Below, piece by piece: positions 8,559 through 16,908 of a stretch of 58,205 nt of DNA; position 1 is the first letter of the stretch; each line of letters begins with the position of its first letter. Origin of the DNA: Streptosporangiaceae bacterium (GTDB lineage Bacteria; Actinomycetota; Actinomycetes; Streptosporangiales; Streptosporangiaceae); the NCBI GenBank assembly GCA_030038495.1, contig JASHOV010000117.1, positions 1 to 58,205 of the forward strand, in the 5' to 3' direction. The notes beneath the pieces are model-generated. The model had not been told where the DNA came from, made no database searches, and worked only from the letters and a program-made list of their open reading frames with translations. Made by a program: the position numbers and the translations under genes.

Positions 8559-10079
8559 CTACTGCGGGCCGAAGGCGGTCCCGCACAGCCGGGCGAGGGC
8601 ACCGTTGGCGCTGCGCTGGGATACGTTGAGTGCCGTGCCTCCGGCACTGACGGGTCGCCGGGCGCAGAGGGCCTGGCGCAGCGGAGCGGCGTCGGCCGGG
8701 TTCAGCGAGGGCAGCGCGGCGGCGAGCGCGGGCACGGCGTCGGGCCCGAGCCCGACGAGCTGGCTGACGTCGAGTGGCCTGCCGCCGCGGGCCCGGTCGA
8801 CATCGGTCCTGGCCACGATGCCAGCCGGGTTCACGATGGCCCAGACTGTTACAGCCATCAGGCCAGAGATCACCATCGCGGCCGGGAAGTACCGCGACCC
8901 TAGGCCGCGCCTCGGCAGGGTCGCGGCCAGCAGCAGGAAGACCACGGCGATCCAGCAGGCCGCGGCCAGGCAGGCCAGCCGCAGCAAGGTGAGTCCGAAC
9001 GCGGCCTCATACAGGTCGAGCCGGCTGATCGCCGAGAACACGACGCCGAGCGTCAGCGCGATGGTGACAGCGCAGAGGGCAGTCAGCAGCGGTCGGTACG
9101 GGCGCGAGCAGGCGCGGACGCTCAGCAACACCGCCAGCGTGATCGCGGCGCAGGCCAGCAGCTGGAAGAAACCGCCGCGGGCGTACTGAGCGTAGGTCAG
9201 GCCGCGTGTGACCAGTATCCGGTGCCCGGCCCCGGATAGCGCCTCCAGTTGCGCCACGGTGAAGGCCGCGTACACGGCGCCGAGGCCGCCCGTAATGACG
9301 CAGGCCTCGGCCGGACTCAGCGTCAGGACCTGCGGCGACGGGCTGACCGGACGCGCGGCGCTGGCCGCGCGGCCGAGACCGAGCACGGTCCAGGCACCGA
9401 TCGCGATCAGCAGCGCGTGCCGGGCGAGTGGCGCGAGATCGAACCAGGACCGGAAGACCGGGTTGGCCGTCGTGAGGAGCCAGCAGACTGCCACGATGGC
9501 GGGGCCGCCGATCAGCACGCCGCGGCCGGCCGCAAGTACGCGGCGCGCCCTGGATCCGGGCGGGCCGGCGAGCATGCCGGGTGCGGCGGCCAGGTGACCG
9601 GTCGCCGTGATCATGCGGCTGCCGAGTACAGGGAACGTGGCGCGGAGGCCGCCGCAGTCGGCGCCCAGCGAGGCACCGAGCAGGAGAAGGGCAACGATCG
9701 ACGCGGTGACCGGCACGATGACCCACGGGCTCGCCCGGAACGTGAGCACCAGTCCGAAGGCCGCCGCGCACGCTACTGCCGTCCGTGCGACAAGCCCGCG
9801 CACCCGGCCGCTGAGCAGGAGCGCGCCGGCTGCCACGAGTACGCACGCCGTTCCCGCAATAGTCGGCAGGCCGGCCCTGGCGGCGACATCCAGGCTGATG
9901 CCGCCGGCCGCGGCGCCGGCCACGAGCCGGCGATCGGCTCGCGCTACCACTGGCAGCAGCGGTGCGGTCGGGACGGAGGTCCCGTATCCCGGCGGCGGCG
10001 CCGGACGGGGGCCGGGCGAAGGCGCGGCCGTGCTGGCGGGCGTTCCGGGCATGCCTGCAGAAGGCGATGGCGGTTCCAT
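8559..10079 (-). CDS. Polytopic membrane protein (DUF4153/DUF4173-like), co-directional with the two-component system
   Basis: 506-aa ORF with a Pro/Ala-rich N-terminus followed by ~10 hydrophobic helices. It starts 36 nt downstream of the histidine kinase stop. Confidence 0.55.
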   Translation of the reverse strand: MEPPSPSAGMPGTPASTAAPSPGPRPAPPPGYGTSVPTAPLLPVVARADRRLVAGAAAGGISLDVAARAGLPTIAGTACVLVAAGALLLSGRVRGLVARTAVACAAAFGLVLTFRASPWVIVPVTASIVALLLLGASLGADCGGLRATFPVLGSRMITATGHLAAAPGMLAGPPGSRARRVLAAGRGVLIGGPAIVAVCWLLTTANPVFRSWFDLAPLARHALLIAIGAWTVLGLGRAASAARPVSPSPQVLTLSPAEACVITGGLGAVYAAFTVAQLEALSGAGHRILVTRGLTYAQYARGGFFQLLACAAITLAVLLSVRACSRPYRPLLTALCAVTIALTLGVVFSAISRLDLYEAAFGLTLLRLACLAAACWIAVVFLLLAATLPRRGLGSRYFPAAMVISGLMAVTVWAIVNPAGIVARTDVDRARGGRPLDVSQLVGLGPDAVPALAAALPSLNPADAAPLRQALCARRPVSAGGTALNVSQRSANGALARLCGTAFGPQ

Positions 10080-10115
10080 GGTTGATCCCCTGTGGTAGCA
10101 GCCGGGCGCGGCTGG

Positions 10116-11126
10116 TCAGTTCGGGAGTTCGGTGACGATGCGGCAGCCGGATGGAATCCGCTGCTCCGCCCTGATCGAGCCGCCGTGCAGCTCGACGATG
10201 GACCTGGCGATCGCCAGGCCCAGGCCCGCGCCGCCGGATCCGGCTTCGCGGGCCGCGTCTACGCGGTAGAAGCGGTCGAAGATGCGCTCGATGTCGGCAG
10301 CGGGGATGCCGGGTCCCTGGTCGCTGACCTCGATCCGGACAGCGCCCGGTGCGGGCCGGGCGGACACGGTGACGGTGCCGCCCTCCGGGCTGTGCCGGAC
10401 GGCGTTGGTGAGCAGGTTGGTCAGTATCTCGTGCACGCGTGCCGTATCGCCGGCCCCGGTCAGACCGCAGTCCGCGGTCACGGCGATACGAACATCCGGC
10501 CGCACCGGGCCAACCTCGGCCACGGCATCCTCGATCGCCTCGGCCAGCCCGAATCGCTGCGGGTTGAGGCGTACGCTGCCCGACTCAAACTGAGACAGCT
10601 CCAGCAGCTGGTCGACGAGGATGCTGAGCCGCTCTGTGCCCCTGAGCATGGCCGTGACCGCAGCCTCATCCAGTGCCTCGACACCATCGGCCAGGTTCTC
10701 CAGCCGGGCGCGGAGCGCCGCGATCGGCGTGCGTAGCTCGTGGCTGACGTTGGCGACCAGCTCGCGGCGCTGCCGTTCCGCCCGGTCCAGCTGCGACGCC
10801 ATCGTGTTGAAAGACCGCGCGAGGCTGCCCACTTCATCCTGTGCGGTCGCGGTGATTCGCTGGCTGTAGTCGCCCGCGGCCATGGCTCTGGTGGCCGCGG
10901 CCATCTGCCGCAGGGGCAGCACCATGCCGTGCGCGAGCAGCTGGATGACAACCAGGGAGATGATCAGGCCGGCGACGAAGGCAAACCGGGCGTGCACCCC
11001 GACATAGATGGCGAAGTTGATAGCGCCGACGGTCGCGGCGACGGAGCCGAGTACGACCAGCCCGAGCTTGACCTTGATCGATCGCACCTGGTCCAAAGGC
11101 CTGATGTCTCGTAGCACATGCGCCAT
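10116..11126 (-). CDS. Sensor histidine kinase, intramembrane-sensing type (2 TM with a 3-aa loop, HAMP, HisKA, HATPase)
   Basis: H-box SHELRTPIAAL, N-box LLTNAVRHS, G1 DQGPGIP and G2 GGAGLGLAIA. The two TM helices are separated only by HAR. Confidence 0.9.
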   Translation of the reverse strand: MAHVLRDIRPLDQVRSIKVKLGLVVLGSVAATVGAINFAIYVGVHARFAFVAGLIISLVVIQLLAHGMVLPLRQMAAATRAMAAGDYSQRITATAQDEVGSLARSFNTMASQLDRAERQRRELVANVSHELRTPIAALRARLENLADGVEALDEAAVTAMLRGTERLSILVDQLLELSQFESGSVRLNPQRFGLAEAIEDAVAEVGPVRPDVRIAVTADCGLTGAGDTARVHEILTNLLTNAVRHSPEGGTVTVSARPAPGAVRIEVSDQGPGIPAADIERIFDRFYRVDAAREAGSGGAGLGLAIARSIVELHGGSIRAEQRIPSGCRIVTELPN

Positions 11127-11127
11127 G

Positions 11128-11805
11128 TCAGCGGCCCTGCCCGTCCGCTCCGGCGTACCCGACGCCGTGCACGGTCCTGATCACTCCCGGGCCGCACTTA
11201 CCGCGCACAGCGCGCACGTGGGAGTCGACGGTCCGCGGGCCCGCGCCGTCGCGGTAGCCCCAGACTTCCGCGAGCAGCTCGGCCCTGGTCCGCACGACGC
11301 CGGGCGCGGCCAGCAGGTAGGCAAGCAGATCGAATTCCGTGGCGGTCAGCCCGACAAGCTGACCGCCGCGCCAGGCCCGGCGCCTGGAGATATCGACCTC
11401 GACCTCACCGGTCCGCAGCATCGTGGCCGTCTCACGTGCCGACCGTTCCGCCCGACGCAGCACGGCCCGTATCCGGGCCGTCAGCTCGCGCATGCTGAAC
11501 GGCTTGGACAGATAATCGTCCGCTCCGACCTCAAGGCCCACCACGAGATCGGTCTCCGATCCGCGAGCGGTCAGCATGATGACAGGAACTGGCCGGTCGC
11601 GCTGGATCTGGCGGCAAACCTCCAGGCCGTCAAAGCCCGGCAGCATCAGATCGAGCACCACGGCGTCGGGCTGCGCCGCTGCCACGGTGCGCACCGCGGC
11701 CGGGCCGTCGGCGGCGATCTCCACCAGATGCCCGTCGCTGCGCAGTCGGGCGGCGATCGCCGCCGCGAGTTCAGCCTCGTCCTCCACTACCACGATCTTG
11801 GCCAT
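11128..11805 (-). CDS. OmpR-family response regulator
   Basis: Receiver domain (VVVEDE...VVLDLMLPGFDG...KPF) plus a winged-helix trans_reg_C domain. Its stop lies directly next to the HK start (11126). Confidence 0.9.
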   Translation of the reverse strand: MAKIVVVEDEAELAAAIAARLRSDGHLVEIAADGPAAVRTVAAAQPDAVVLDLMLPGFDGLEVCRQIQRDRPVPVIMLTARGSETDLVVGLEVGADDYLSKPFSMRELTARIRAVLRRAERSARETATMLRTGEVEVDISRRRAWRGGQLVGLTATEFDLLAYLLAAPGVVRTRAELLAEVWGYRDGAGPRTVDSHVRAVRGKCGPGVIRTVHGVGYAGADGQGR

Positions 11806-11828
11806 GGGTCGAACCTAGGGGATCAGTT

Positions 11829-11868
11829 GTGCAGGTTTCGACCCCCGGGCTGTGCAGATTCCGTGCAG
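11829..11868. promoter_or_regulatory. Three phased GTGCAG hexamers in the divergent response-regulator / phosphonate-operon intergenic region
   Basis: GTGCAG at 11829, 11852 and 11863 (spacings 23 and 11 bp). Direct repeats are typical of OmpR-family sites. Function unproven. Confidence 0.3.
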
Positions 11869-12097
11869 AAACGCAGGTTGGAGATCGTCCGCCCGGCCAT
11901 CGCCGCGGAGATCGCCGCGCCTGATTCACCACCAAGAAACTTTAAGATTATTGATAAAACGGGGACGGCCGCGGTGCTGGCTGCGGCCTGCCGGACCGCG
12001 GTCAGCAAGATACAAGAACTCTGCTCGGTCGTACATTGCTGCGCGAGGGCGGTGGCTGTGACCATGAGAAAATCGGTCGCCAGCGCGGAGGAGGGAC

Positions 12098-13471
12098 GTG
12101 GACGTCGGCTATCAGCGGCGGGTCGGGGCGACGTTTCGTGAGGTAATTAATGGCCTCAAGCGCAACAGCCTCGCGGCGGCCGCCGATCTCGGTGTCTCCG
12201 TTGAGACCATAGACGATATTATAGCCGGGAAGTGTCGGCTCACCAGTGAGTTGATTGCCCGCGCTGCCGCTATCTGGCCGGTGAATGAGCGCGATTTCTT
12301 TCCCGTGCACGACGATGCTGCCGACGGCGCGATCGTGATGCGTGCCGTGGAGTCCGAGAAGACCAGCAGGACGTTCGCGCGCGGCGGAATCGATTACTAC
12401 GAATACCGTGATACAGCGATGAGTCGGCTCGCGATGTTTCGGCCTGAGTGGATCAAAATGCTGCACTCGGTGCCGGGAACGGACCAGGACGATCCGACGG
12501 TACAGTGGAACAGCGGGCATTTCCTGTATCAATTCACATATTTCATTGGCGCGGTCAATTACTACTACTCGGCGGAAGGCCGGCGTTACTGCGCGGCGAT
12601 GGAAACGGGTGACTCGGTGTCCGGCCTGCCGTACGCGCCGCATAGTTTCGCGTGCCGCGACGGCGCGCCAGGGATGATCCTGGCACTTACCTATGGCGGC
12701 CGTCTGCTTGGCGACGCAGCGCATGAGCTGGGAGCGCTCGGCGAGAGCCTGGCCGAGCGTTATGCCTTCGACGCATCGGGGCCCCATGCGTCGGGTTCTT
12801 TGCTCGGTGTGCAGCTGGATAACACGGGATTTACCCGCGAATGGCTTGCTCGATCCGCCGGGATCCCGCTGGCTCACCTAGAGGACCTCCTGGCCGGGGT
12901 CGCGACAGCTGGATGGGAGGAGCTCGGGACGCTAGCGGAGGCCATGCGGATCAACGTCCGTGACCTGCTCCCCGTGGTGCCCGACACGCACCACGGCGTG
13001 TCGATCCTGCGCCGCCGCGATGTGCCGCGCTGGCCGTATCCCGACGGCGACTCCCCGCACTATGTGATCGGGGCGCTCGCCGGCACGCGCGTCTGCCCCA
13101 GCTCGCGCGGCCTCGAGATCGAGGTACGCGGTACCGACGCTTCCCGCGGAATGCTGCGGACAGGCCTGCATCAGTACTGTTACGTCCTAGGCTCCGAACC
13201 CGTGCGGCTTACCTGGACCTACGACGAGCGGACGTGCTCGCGGGAGCTTGCGCCAGGTGACTCGCTATACCTCAAGCCATTCGTCTCGCACTCTTTCACG
13301 AGTTGCGATCGGCCCGGACGGATCCTCGCACTGCGGATCGGCGGGAAGGTCGCTGGTGACGCCTGGCTGGAAGCCGCCGCGATCGGCGGGTCATCTCTGC
13401 GCCGCCTCACCTACGACACCGCACAGTGGTACGAGGAAGCGGGCACCACCGCGCGGCGGGAGATCCTGTGA
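12098..13471 (+). CDS. 2-hydroxyethylphosphonate dioxygenase-like non-heme Fe(II) oxygenase (HEPD/MPnS family, two HTH-cupin repeats)
   Basis: 457 aa with duplicated HTH+cupin architecture. Putative ligands are H141-x3-Q145...H182. GGAGGAGGG RBS before the GTG. GTGA overlap with pepM. Confidence 0.8.
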   Translation: MDVGYQRRVGATFREVINGLKRNSLAAAADLGVSVETIDDIIAGKCRLTSELIARAAAIWPVNERDFFPVHDDAADGAIVMRAVESEKTSRTFARGGIDYYEYRDTAMSRLAMFRPEWIKMLHSVPGTDQDDPTVQWNSGHFLYQFTYFIGAVNYYYSAEGRRYCAAMETGDSVSGLPYAPHSFACRDGAPGMILALTYGGRLLGDAAHELGALGESLAERYAFDASGPHASGSLLGVQLDNTGFTREWLARSAGIPLAHLEDLLAGVATAGWEELGTLAEAMRINVRDLLPVVPDTHHGVSILRRRDVPRWPYPDGDSPHYVIGALAGTRVCPSSRGLEIEVRGTDASRGMLRTGLHQYCYVLGSEPVRLTWTYDERTCSRELAPGDSLYLKPFVSHSFTSCDRPGRILALRIGGKVAGDAWLEAAAIGGSSLRRLTYDTAQWYEEAGTTARREIL

Positions 13472-14391
13472 CTGCTAGCAAAGGTCGCTACCTGCGCGAG
13501 CGGCTGGCCGGCGGCGACATTGTCCGCGCGGCGGGAGCCCACGACGGGATGAGTGCGCGCCTGGTCGAACGCTGCGGATTCGACGCGGTCTGGGCGTCCG
13601 GGTTCGAGCTCTCCACGAGCTTCGCGGTGCCCGACGCCAGCATCCTCACTATGTCGGAATTCCTGGCCGCGGCACGGACGATGCATGAAGCGGTGTCCAT
13701 TCCCGTGATCGCGGATTGCGACACGGGTTTCGGCGACAGCCTCAATGTCGCGTATATGGCTCGCCGCTACGAGGCAGCGGGGATCGCGGCGGTCTGCATC
13801 GAGGACAAGGTGTTCCCGAAGAGGAACAGCTTCGCCGGAGCCCGGCACGAGCTCGAGCCCGTGGATGTCTTCCAGGAGAAGATAGCCACCGCCAAGGCAA
13901 GCCAGCGAGATGGCAACCTGCTCGTCTTCGCCAGGACCGAGTCCCTGATCGCGGGCCAGGGAGTCGCCGAGGCGCTGCAGCGGGCCGCATCCTATGCAGA
14001 GGCGGGCGCGGACGCGATCTTGGTGCACTCCAGGGCCCGTACTCCCTGCGAGCTGTTCGCCTTCACCGATTCCTGGGACCGGCCCACGCCCGTGGTAGCC
14101 ATCCCGACCAGCTACTACGATGTCACCGCGGAGGAACTGGCCAGCCACGGCGTGCGAGTCGTGATCTACGCTAACCAGGCGATGCGGGCCGGCGTCCGCG
14201 CCATGACCGAGACTCTGCGGGAGATCCGCGAGAGCGGCACCTCGGCCTCGGTGGAGGCACGGATCGCTCCCATGACGGAACTGTTCGCCATCCAGGGACT
14301 GGACCATACTGTCACGGCCCTGCCGGGCACCGGCGCCAACGGCGAGCGCACCTGGCAGCTGGCGGCGGGTCAGGCCGGTAGCCGACCATGA
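13468..14391 (+). CDS. pepM: Phosphoenolpyruvate phosphomutase
   Basis: Isocitrate-lyase/PEP-mutase fold carrying the PepM-diagnostic EDKxxxxxNS motif (CIEDKVFPKRNSF). The GTG at 13468 overlaps the upstream stop. Confidence 0.9.
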   Translation: MTASKGRYLRERLAGGDIVRAAGAHDGMSARLVERCGFDAVWASGFELSTSFAVPDASILTMSEFLAAARTMHEAVSIPVIADCDTGFGDSLNVAYMARRYEAAGIAAVCIEDKVFPKRNSFAGARHELEPVDVFQEKIATAKASQRDGNLLVFARTESLIAGQGVAEALQRAASYAEAGADAILVHSRARTPCELFAFTDSWDRPTPVVAIPTSYYDVTAEELASHGVRVVIYANQAMRAGVRAMTETLREIRESGTSASVEARIAPMTELFAIQGLDHTVTALPGTGANGERTWQLAAGQAGSRP

Positions 14392-15422
14392 CGCGGGATG
14401 TCGTGGTCTACACCGACCCGCCTTGGGCGATAGCCGATGGCGTAGGTCCGCACGCGGCGATGGCGGCCATCGAGCAGTCGTGGCTAGCGGATCTGGCTGA
14501 GCTTCGGTTCGGGCCTTATGCCGACGCGGCCTATCTGGATGGTGCCCCCCTGTACGAGGTGGTTAAGGGCGCCACTGTGCTCGCCCTGTACCGTCGGCGT
14601 GCCACGGCCGAATTGCTAGGCGCGGCGGGAGACGGGCTCCTTGCGGTGGCGAGGGCCGGCGTCGGAACCGACAACCTCAACGTCGGCCTGCTCACCGAGC
14701 GCGGCCTTCTCGCGTTCAACGTGCCCGACTACTGCGTCGACGAGGTGGCGGCTCACACTCTCGCGCTGATCCTGGCGTGGGAACGTGACGTCGTAGGCCA
14801 GCACAACATCCTGGCCGATGGCCGGTTCGATATCTACGCGGGCAGGGTGCCGCGCAGGCTGAGCGAACGCACCGCCGGCATCGTCGGCGTGGGCAGGATC
14901 GGGCGGGCCGTCGCCGCGCGGTTGCGGGTCTTCTACCGGCGGGTGCTGGGCTGCGATCCGTATGTTCACGCCGATCTGATGGCTGGTTACGGCGTGGACT
15001 GCGTAGGCATGGACGAGCTGCTGGCAGGTTCCGATGTTGTCATCCTGCACTGCCCCCTCACCGCGGAGACCGTGGGCCTGATCGGGGAAACGGCGCTTGA
15101 GAAGATGCGCCCGGGCGCATTGCTTGTCAACACGGCCAGGGGCGGCCTGGTGGAGCCGGCTCCGCTGTACCGGGCGCTCACGGAGGGAACGCTGGGGGGA
15201 GCGGCGCTGGACGTCTTCTCGCCAGAGAACCCGCATGCGGATGCGGACTGGGCGAAAGTCGTGCAGTTGCCGCAGGTCGTGGTGTCAAGTCACCGGGCAT
15301 TCCTGTCCGCGGAATCGGAACGCAGTTCGCGGCAGCGGCTGGCCCAGGGCATCGCGCATGTGCTGCGGACCCGGCAGCCCCCTCCGCCTGGCCTGGTCGG
15401 CCTCGTCGCGGCGGGGTCCTGA
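14388..15422 (+). CDS. D-isomer-specific 2-hydroxyacid dehydrogenase (3-phosphoglycerate-dehydrogenase-like; PhpE-like)
   Basis: NAD-binding GIVGVGRIGRAVA, catalytic Arg (NTARGG) and His (SSHRAF). ATGA overlap with pepM. Confidence 0.85.
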   Translation: MTRDVVVYTDPPWAIADGVGPHAAMAAIEQSWLADLAELRFGPYADAAYLDGAPLYEVVKGATVLALYRRRATAELLGAAGDGLLAVARAGVGTDNLNVGLLTERGLLAFNVPDYCVDEVAAHTLALILAWERDVVGQHNILADGRFDIYAGRVPRRLSERTAGIVGVGRIGRAVAARLRVFYRRVLGCDPYVHADLMAGYGVDCVGMDELLAGSDVVILHCPLTAETVGLIGETALEKMRPGALLVNTARGGLVEPAPLYRALTEGTLGGAALDVFSPENPHADADWAKVVQLPQVVVSSHRAFLSAESERSSRQRLAQGIAHVLRTRQPPPPGLVGLVAAGS

Positions 15423-16849
15423 TGTTCCTGAACGGCAGGCTGCAGGGTGAGCCGCGGCTGGAGGTCCGCAGCCCGTGGAACGGTGCGCTGGCCGGCACGG
15501 CAGCGATGGATTCCGCCATCGCCGTCGATCAGGCCGTCCGCGCGGCTGCCGGCTACGACAGGCGGCTGACCGGAGAGCGCCGGTCGGCAATCTTGACCGA
15601 GACCGCGGGCCTGCTCCGATCCCGGCGCGAGGCGCTGGCGTCGCTCATCACGGCCGAGGCTGGGCTTTGCTATCGAGACAGCACCAGGGAGGTGGACCGG
15701 GCATGCGCGAATCTGCGGATAGCGGCGGAGGAAGCACGGCGGATCCACGGCCAGACCATGGAGCTGACGGCCGGAGAAGAGCGCCGAATGGCCCTGACAA
15801 TCCGGGAACCCGTCGGCACGGTCGCGGCGATCACCCCCTTCAACCGGCCCCTAAACCAGGTCGTGGTGAAGGTCGCGCCGGCTATCGCCGCGAACAACGC
15901 CGTGATCGTCAAGCCCTCAGAGAAGGCACCGCTGGCCGCCTTGGAACTGGCTCAGGCACTGGTGGACAGCGGCCTGCCTGCCGAAATGATCGGCGTGGTG
16001 ACGGGTGACCCTGCCGAGGTTGGGACAGCGCTCGTCACCCACGAACTGGTCGACATGGTGACGTTCACCGGCAGCGTCGCAACGGGGGAGCGCATCGCCG
16101 CGGCCGCGGGCATGCGCAAGCTGCTCCTGGAACTGGGCGGTAACGATCCGCTGATCGTCCTCGACGACGCGGACCTCGACCGGGCAGCGGCCATCGCGGT
16201 CGGCGGAGCGTTCGGCAACTCTGGTCAGTCATGCCGCGGGGTCAAGCGCATCCTCGTGACCCCTGGCATCGCCGATCAGTTCGTCGGCCGGCTGCAGGAA
16301 CGCACGCGCACGCTGCGCTTCGGTGACCCCCGCGACCCAGCCACCGACGTGGGGCCGCTGATCACCGAGCAGTACGCGGTGGCGGTGGTCGAGGTGTGCA
16401 GGGCGGCGGTGGCCCAGGGCGCCCGGCTGCTGTGCGGCGGGCACCGTGATGGCGCCGTCGTCGCCCCCACCGTCCTGGACCACGTAGATCCACGGGCCGA
16501 CGTGGTCACCGATGAGACCTTCGGCCCGGTGGCCCCCGTGATCAGAGTCGGTTCAGCCGACGAGGCGATCGAGGTGGCCAACAGCACGAGATACGGGCTG
16601 CAGGCTGGTGTGGTCACGAACAGCTTCGACGCCTTCCTGAGCATTGCCTCCGGTCTGCGAGTGGGCGCGGTGAACCTCATGGATGGCCCCAATTTCGACT
16701 CGCCCTACGTGCCATTCGGCGGGGTGAAGAAGAGTGGGCTCGGCCGTGAAGGAGTCCGGTTCGCCATAGCGGAGATGACGACGTTCAAGACCGTCGTGCT
16801 GCCCTGGCTGCCGCCATGGCCTGGCGGCGGATGTATGCAAGCCGAATGA
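15422..16849 (+). CDS. NAD(P)-dependent aldehyde dehydrogenase (PhpJ-like)
   Basis: ALDH motifs ELGGNDP and the catalytic Cys in GQSCRG. TGATG overlap with the upstream gene. Confidence 0.85.
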   Translation: MFLNGRLQGEPRLEVRSPWNGALAGTAAMDSAIAVDQAVRAAAGYDRRLTGERRSAILTETAGLLRSRREALASLITAEAGLCYRDSTREVDRACANLRIAAEEARRIHGQTMELTAGEERRMALTIREPVGTVAAITPFNRPLNQVVVKVAPAIAANNAVIVKPSEKAPLAALELAQALVDSGLPAEMIGVVTGDPAEVGTALVTHELVDMVTFTGSVATGERIAAAAGMRKLLLELGGNDPLIVLDDADLDRAAAIAVGGAFGNSGQSCRGVKRILVTPGIADQFVGRLQERTRTLRFGDPRDPATDVGPLITEQYAVAVVEVCRAAVAQGARLLCGGHRDGAVVAPTVLDHVDPRADVVTDETFGPVAPVIRVGSADEAIEVANSTRYGLQAGVVTNSFDAFLSIASGLRVGAVNLMDGPNFDSPYVPFGGVKKSGLGREGVRFAIAEMTTFKTVVLPWLPPWPGGGCMQAE

Positions 16850-16908
16850 TGCGGGCTGGCGCATCGTCTGCCAGATCACGGCCCGGTATTGGATCAGGAG
16901 ATGCGAGT

